Below, piece by piece: positions 59,301-64,000 of a DNA stretch of 64,000 nucleotides. The stretch's first letter is position 1; each line of letters begins with the position of its first letter. Below the pieces are notes generated by a model. That model had not been told where the DNA came from and made no database searches. It worked only from the letters and a program-made list of their open reading frames with translations. The position numbers were made by a program, and so were the translations under genes. This DNA is from Meyerozyma guilliermondii (lineage: Eukaryota), in contig CP128817.1 in the NCBI GenBank assembly GCA_051546255.1, positions 992,001 through 1,056,000 of the forward strand. Direction: 5' to 3'.

Positions 59301-60625
59301 TCAAGGATCTTATTGACTTGCAAAATGCATTGACGCTACTCAAATTTGCTGAAAGTTCAAATGCTAAGAAACTCTTTATGGCATGTTCGTGGTATATCTA
59401 CAATAATTTGGAGATGTATTTACTTGACAACTCCTTCCAGGACCTCACTTTAGATGTCTTATCGAAGCTTGAGAAGCACATCCTCTTTTTCCACCACTGT
59501 AAGGTGGCCGACTTTGCGAATGTAAAAAAGGAGATCAACCCAGCTTTAGAGTACAATTGGATGCAAGAAAGTTCAGGTCAGTTTGTCAAAGACTTTGTCT
59601 TCTCAATGGCAGAAGAACATGATCCCAAGTTCATGAAGGCTGGAAGAACCTCATTCACACCATTGGTGGATGAAAAATATCTTCCCAAGGTAAAAACTTC
59701 CGACAAGCGTAGGCTGTCGAGGAAGTCAACTTCAAGAAAAAACTCAGCTTTGCTTGAGCTCCATGAAGAAATGGCCAAGTTACGTCGGTCGAGTGATACT
59801 AAGCTGCAGACTAACGAGTCCAAATATAGCGAGTCAGCTATTGAAGAAGATGATCAGGATTTCGAGCCTGTTTCGAGAAGACGTCAAAAGAGTCTGAGTC
59901 GCATAAAGCCTGCTTCTCCCTCTAGTGTCAGTCCTACAGACTCACCTTCTGTGTCAGCTGTGCAATCTTTGAATCTGTCTTCGACATCCTTATCGCAATC
60001 AGCAGTGAGAAATGCTAGTGCTAATTTGACGAGCCCTAAACCATCCACATCAAATTCACAGTCTAAAGAAATTAAAAGCACAGGTCCACCAGCTCCAACC
60101 ACATTAGGCTTCCAGCCGGTTCTCGGAGAAAAGTGGGAAAAGACCCAAGATGTTTCTACTAAGAAGAACGCCTCTGTCAAATTCAAATTTGGCCAGCGTC
60201 CCTCTCAGAAGGAAAGAAGAATGCAACATCAAGTAGGAACGTCTTCGAACTCAGTCAAGTCAGAGGAGAGCAGAAGTGTTTCTGGGCCGTGGAAAAGTGA
60301 AGCGACGAATTCAGCAACACAACCAGGGAAAAGCCTGCCCCTAGAAACTTTACCTATTCTTGGAAGTAGTAGCTGGTCACTGACTACCTCATCACCAACT
60401 AGTAACGGAAGAACACCATCGTTGACGAGCATTATGCTTCAAGAGTCGCTGAGAATCGAAGCCGCAAAGGCAAACGACATGGAAAAGAGATCGCTCCAAG
60501 ATATTCAGCAGGAACAGATGTTTGAAAAGTGGTGGCAGGAGGAAGCAGAGAGAATTCAGCGCCAGCAAAATCCACCGCCTCATAATGGCAAACCAAGAAG
60601 AAAGAAAAACCAATCCAAGAAATGA
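56336..60625 (+). CDS. Ankyrin + RCC1-repeat + BTB/POZ protein (Btb1/IBTK-like Cul3 adaptor)
   Basis: DVFGRTILH and DYENGWNCLHYA ankyrins; GSNKNYTLG and GLNTFGQLG RCC1 blades; two BTB-like segments (IHRHLFCLRSPVF; CHPSLLSSRSAYF); C-terminal DIQQEQ.F..WW..E. Confidence 0.85.
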   Translation: MAPDSHQCGQSLTATLLKFSKQDLVKRDVFGRTILHILLLCNRHDLLRHLLKNNDVKDVLVLTDYENGWNCLHYAIFHKRILCFKVLMEYLRRETGSYMVPNSLMYDLVRCKDRNKYTPFQLLDNDLKDLIWIPGYIDDNDRFHLTYRYVIQSEWTTNSPIIQQFRLRKSNIDFNHIWWDDARGGSDLYMLGSNKNYTLGLGDTSEVANPSKVPFEHFDFPKRGSTIRDRLHRPRFKQVGISKNYTLVLTTDMRLYSSGLGTRRGRSDHGSENHKNPYRFNPIVIDDLANGPLASLSIMGVEKFAISDNHSLILANNNCVYAFGLNTFGQLGTSSTIRSLSSSNEDYEPTPVPVAGDLRRNFEPILGLAVSEVSSVAWSENSLFFWGLNTGQMGIPHDPTKKTVKGTFSGSIQCSPNRVSLRDTIKLVQATPLCTFVVTTDNNIHVFTQYQHFKLPRLPVNITSEKHFDIFRPTKLTKQPNIIKLCAKSHRLVCLVLDNGDVMSYSIDPTNSNMLKNIKYSTLWKSYDRDMKVVDLDVSLDGSVILCTRNGSTFIKSSQNIQRRGSVNDVRLPIPVKKNKFRKVFNINRVIKVSCDNNFTSFAYMRDDIDVLPFELPKNSMLNDLQYLSPMIDTTDTRKQAELLGADHTRNSWSNHYYAHFLGVSTFINDHGGPIGDSEDDGFPDSDILQSRYYKRYYPFHTYDSRSDSIDGDFDQFRPQENLHKLLLSNLDDDEWLPQSIAKSNHSDFTIKLSKDTYQHSIPIHRHLFCLRSPVFRSLTDGDIVVEGNINGQYNEKECSLTFNSSLQLKSLLIFVHYLYTGKIVSIWDSFPNRSDCPAVVLAIKKDFFLLIGAFQMTNLNESRAIAQLRLLTESTTISDDSDLITIVLSDGSAVCHPSLLSSRSAYFETVLSDSWNGTKTLSLEGITKRHFDVILRHIYGVNDLNLFDEFESETTHLHEDFINFVMEIIEIADELLLLELKAIGQLAIKDLIDLQNALTLLKFAESSNAKKLFMACSWYIYNNLEMYLLDNSFQDLTLDVLSKLEKHILFFHHCKVADFANVKKEINPALEYNWMQESSGQFVKDFVFSMAEEHDPKFMKAGRTSFTPLVDEKYLPKVKTSDKRRLSRKSTSRKNSALLELHEEMAKLRRSSDTKLQTNESKYSESAIEEDDQDFEPVSRRRQKSLSRIKPASPSSVSPTDSPSVSAVQSLNLSSTSLSQSAVRNASANLTSPKPSTSNSQSKEIKSTGPPAPTTLGFQPVLGEKWEKTQDVSTKKNASVKFKFGQRPSQKERRMQHQVGTSSNSVKSEESRSVSGPWKSEATNSATQPGKSLPLETLPILGSSSWSLTTSSPTSNGRTPSLTSIMLQESLRIEAAKANDMEKRSLQDIQQEQMFEKWWQEEAERIQRQQNPPPHNGKPRRKKNQSKK

Positions 60626-60668
60626 TTATACATCACTACATAAACTAATAGATGTTCCCCATGGGTCC

Positions 60669-61096
60669 CTACAAATCCACCTCGTCTGGAAACCATCCAT
60701 ACTCATCGATGTCTACTGAATGTCCCTTCAGTACTGCTACACCTTCTTGCTTCAACTTTTCTGCCTGCAAATACTCACTGCTTGAATTTTCTCTAGGAGA
60801 AATTTTTCCAGCACTCAGTACCACTCTCCACCAAGGTAAAGTTCCCACGTCAATTTGTTCCTCTGGGCCAGCTTCCAGGTTTAGCAACTCAATTATAACT
60901 CGACAATTTTTCATTGCCGAACCAACTTGGCGGGAATTTTGAGGTTTACCTAAAAGAAGCGCTATATGGCCTGTGGTTAGGGCAAATTCTACGCTATACA
61001 AACATAGTACATACCATAGCTAGTCACACGTCCATACGGAATCGTACTAACTACTTGGTAAACCGCCGCATGGATCGCTTTTGACTCATCTTTCAT
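60669..61096 (-). CDS. ATL1: Alkyltransferase-like (ATL) DNA damage recognition protein, spliced: complement(join(60669..60970,61015..61096))
   Basis: Spliced product MKDESKAIHAAVYQVVSTIPYGRVTSYGHIALLLGKPQNSRQVG...LPWWRVVSSAG; Trp at the catalytic Cys position. Confidence 0.85.
60971..61014 (-). other. 44-nt spliceosomal intron in ATL1 with non-consensus branch site
   Basis: Minus strand: GTATGT from 61014, CCCTAAC 60982-60976, CAG 60973-60971; G+GC restores the SYG motif. Confidence 0.88.
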
Positions 61097-61199
61097 AAAT
61101 TAGTTAAGTTCGCGCTACAAAATATAATTTCTACCCAATATATTCATGGTGAATAAACCACTAATGTACAATGTTAACTATTTAGACTTGTAAACTAAC

Positions 61200-61457
61200 T
61201 TACAAAGCCAACAAAGCACCGGCAGCCAAAGCGGCGGCACCAGCAGCGGCGTATTGGTTTCTGGCAGCACCAGCCTCGAAAGAGGTCACGTTAGCTGGGG
61301 CAGTGGTGTTTGGAGCAGCAGAAGTGGAGTGAGCTGGGCAGTCAGTGACGGTGGAAGCACAGTCGGTGACGGTGACCAAAGTGGATTGGGTGTCAACCTC
61401 AGTGACAGTGGCAGCGGAAGCAGCAGCGGCGAAAAGGGCGATAGCGATGAATTGCAT
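61200..61457 (-). CDS. Small GPI-anchored cell wall protein (Ccw12/Pga59-like)
   Basis: MQFIAIALFAAAASA signal; STLVTVTDC.....C motif; NVTSFEAGA followed by hydrophobic tail; strongly biased codons; TATAAAA on minus strand 61531-61525. Confidence 0.85.
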   Translation of the reverse strand: MQFIAIALFAAAASAATVTEVDTQSTLVTVTDCASTVTDCPAHSTSAAPNTTAPANVTSFEAGAARNQYAAAGAAALAAGALLAL

Positions 61458-62072
61458 AGTTGATAAAAGCGAAAGACTAAGGTAAGATAGGATGAAGAAA
61501 AAAAATGACCGCAAGAGCTCAGCCTTTTATAATTTTCCGTATCAACACAGCCTAGACTAGACAGAATTTTGCGTCCAGCGACTGCTATGCATATTCGACT
61601 GTCACATCCCAATTAGGAAGGTTGCCTTCCCCTTTCGGCAGATCCAGCCGAATTAGCCTATTTTCATATGCACCGCGCCAGAACATCGCGTATCGCCTTG
61701 GAGTCCGGCGCCTAAAACGGAAGGAACAAGCTGTACCGATGGTTACATTCCATGCTGAATGAGGATCAAAAAGGCCAAATCCAGCATGATTGATTGCGGA
61801 TCACTGTCCAAGGCGGGGCAACCGCGGAGCGCCATGATCTCAATCAGCCCAGACCGGTAACAATGTGGGACAAAGTCATTCAGTGTTTGCAGCGATGATT
61901 CAGCTCGATTCTCCTCCATGGGAGAAAATTTTTCTCGGGTCCGCTTACCCATACATTGTCGTCTGATACGGTCTGCCAATATTGAAACTGCTGCGAACAA
62001 TATGCACGTGCGAGCAACGGCTCTAACCATCAGGTGAAAAATAGTAGTAACCAGCACAACCCCTATTGTTCT

Positions 62073-64000
62073 CTATCCCACCGTTCCTGATTCAGCCTCA
62101 TCGTCTAGTAACCTTCTTCCTTCCTCCAAAACGGCTCCTTGCCGAACACACTTATCAAACTTGTCATATACAGGTTGCATTTTGATATAGTACTGAAGAA
62201 GTTGCTGATACCGAATTTCTGTTTCTTCCAAGGTTCCAGCCGGGGGGATCAGGTCGTAGTCTATGCTTGTTTCTCTTATCAAAACATTGCGGGCGGGCTC
62301 GCCATTAGAAATATCATTTTTCTTGTCGTAAATCGATATTATGGTGATTATCAATTCTTGAAACATCTTGACTTCGGTATCGAGATCTTCAATTTCCGTC
62401 TGTCGCCAAATCTCAATGGACTCTTCAATGGTGGATTGCAACCTGGGGATACTTGAGAGCGTGTAAAGCAATGCATCTTTCCATAAATTTGTGAATGTTT
62501 CTCCAATCGCAGTGGCATAAGTATCGTTACCTTCGACTCGATTCATAAACAAGTCAAACTCTCTCGTTCTTTTAACCGCAGTCATGATGAGTTCATTCTT
62601 CACCAACGTGAGCCCGGTGTCTAGGATGCTATTTGTGATCTGAAGACCTTGTATCATTCCGGCAAGAATCACCTCGTCGTATCGACGGTCTGCCACATTT
62701 TCTCTCTCTGGTAATAATGTGATCAAAGCGTCGGTGATTCTTGTTCCTGAGAAGAACAAGACATAGATGGTGCCCACGAGAACACCAATGGTAAATACCT
62801 CTTGCCATATTTTGAGCAAGAGAATATCAATACCTATCAAATGTAAAATGAACGCATACCTCAACACCGTTAATGCCCAGCGTCCGGTGCCTCTCATATG
62901 GTTTCGAAGTTGCGGGTAGATATTGAAGATCATTCTAGCTTGCTGCCTGTTTTGGTTAGCATTGTTTTCCACTTCGCCGAGATGTTCATTTTGAACGTGG
63001 ACCACCGCAGGATGCCGGTGTTGTTCCGCTGGATGGAGTAGAACCCTCACTTGTTGTATCATACTGCCATTATCATCACGGAAAACCGAGTCCAACCTAG
63101 CTATGCCTGCCGGACTCAAAAGAACGTATGGAGGGTGGTCTCCTTTGTTCACTATGATACATTGTGAAGTATTAAGCAGCACCTTTTTCTGAATACCGTC
63201 AACTTCCAATGAAAAGTCGTACATCATTGACGATAAGTCAGATTGATTTACAAGAAGAGATGATCCCCCATGTATGTTTTCGCCACGAGAATCATGGGTC
63301 TTCTTGATCATTTCATACGATTCGCCCGTCAACTGCCATTCCTCTCCCGTATCTAACACAATCTTCATGGGCTCCACCGCAAGAGGCTGAGCTTCCGTTG
63401 GTTGGTTTGGCTGTGTCTCGCTCGGTTCGTTTTCAGTCGTTCTTGTCGGGAGGAACTCGAATCTTTCAGAAGACCGAAGATCGTTCCAGAACAGACGGCT
63501 TAAGATTCCATCTTCGTCAGTTATTTTCAAGTCCATCGTTATTATGTTGCCATGCTCATAGAGTATGTTCAGGTCCAAGCTGAGGACGTCGTATAAACGG
63601 GATTGGTTGATAGATGGGGTGTTGGCTAGTACATGCGCAGAGTACGACAACTCTATCTGCTCGATGAACGTTCGTCTTACCGAAGACTCGTCCATTTGCG
63701 CTACGAGTTGCTGTTTCAACTCCTCGACTGTGGTTCTGTTGTTCACTTCTATAAGGTTAAAATGCTGGAGCTGGGGTACGTCGGAGTTGATTTTGATGTG
63801 AAACCGACAAAATGATATTTCTTCAGACAAATTGAACCGAACTCGGAATACAACTTGCAGAAGTGGTGCAACATCGAGTCCCAACACGTCTCGCAACTTC
63901 TTGCTGCTGTCACAAATATAATCCCCCGAGGACTGGAGCACCAAACCAAAGTATTCTCTGTTCATTTTTGGTGTGTCAAGGCTCTTACTTCGCTCTTCAG
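62073..64000 (-). CDS. Membrane protein with ubiquitin-like domain, probably Usa1-like ERAD scaffold; 5' end beyond the window
   Basis: Frame stays open from 63965 to the window edge; TTVEELKQQL...IELSY..HVL UBL-like segment; two adjacent hydrophobic segments; USA1 identity is tentative. Confidence 0.55.
   Translation of the reverse strand, partial: EERSKSLDTPKMNREYFGLVLQSSGDYICDSSKKLRDVLGLDVAPLLQVVFRVRFNLSEEISFCRFHIKINSDVPQLQHFNLIEVNNRTTVEELKQQLVAQMDESSVRRTFIEQIELSYSAHVLANTPSINQSRLYDVLSLDLNILYEHGNIITMDLKITDEDGILSRLFWNDLRSSERFEFLPTRTTENEPSETQPNQPTEAQPLAVEPMKIVLDTGEEWQLTGESYEMIKKTHDSRGENIHGGSSLLVNQSDLSSMMYDFSLEVDGIQKKVLLNTSQCIIVNKGDHPPYVLLSPAGIARLDSVFRDDNGSMIQQVRVLLHPAEQHRHPAVVHVQNEHLGEVENNANQNRQQARMIFNIYPQLRNHMRGTGRWALTVLRYAFILHLIGIDILLLKIWQEVFTIGVLVGTIYVLFFSGTRITDALITLLPERENVADRRYDEVILAGMIQGLQITNSILDTGLTLVKNELIMTAVKRTREFDLFMNRVEGNDTYATAIGETFTNLWKDALLYTLSSIPRLQSTIEESIEIWRQTEIEDLDTEVKMFQELIITIISIYDKKNDISNGEPARNVLIRETSIDYDLIPPAGTLEETEIRYQQLLQYYIKMQPVYDKFDKCVRQGAVLEEGRRLLDDEAESGTVG

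Noticed and set aside
61743..62057. 104-aa ORF upstream of the Ccw12-like gene (also 27075-27296 and 51695-51883)
   Set aside because: Non-ATG starts, no recognisable motif, located in probable promoter DNA.

Overview
Gene-dense window from a budding yeast of the CUG-Ser (CTG) clade. CTG falls at conserved Ser positions, introns use GTAWGT...(TA)CTAAC...CAG, and many intergenic gaps are under 150 bp; the species cannot be fixed from sequence alone. It holds about 36 protein-coding genes. Most are housekeeping: YKE2, COQ9, PBA1, a complex I subunit, STU2, CIR1, TDA10, an amino-acid permease, LSM8, MDE1, NOP58, DNA2, HRD3, V-ATPase subunit a, CPH2-type SREBP, TUL1, SDH7, a GT15 mannosyltransferase, a glycolipid transfer protein, a GH3 beta-glucosidase, NOP56, a Zn2Cys6 factor, UBC4, SPT7, an Ank-RCC1-BTB protein, ATL1, a Ccw12-like GPI protein and a truncated Usa1-like gene. 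Four spliced genes (PBA1, LSM8, UBC4, ATL1) were rebuilt because the ORF track mis-starts them. No tRNA, rRNA, CRISPR or intact mobile element was recognised. Most notable: (1) a tandem pair of surface/secreted genes (32.8-37.8 kb) sharing a repeated amphipathic G-[LF]-[LF]-x-D-L-F-G motif, one GPI-anchored with acidic Cys repeats and one a Kex2-cut polyprotein, with Mcm1-like promoter sites; (2) an SREBP gene next to its putative activating E3 ligase TUL1, with two SRE-like sites in its own promoter; (3) a catalytically dead Crypton-derived gene; (4) an orphan protein with KEN, SxIP and RVxW motifs behind an Mcm1-Fkh promoter; (5) a 400-nt structured UBC4 intron; (6) recurrent TTYGCA-family promoter motifs. 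Family assignments rest on recalled motifs, not on database searches.
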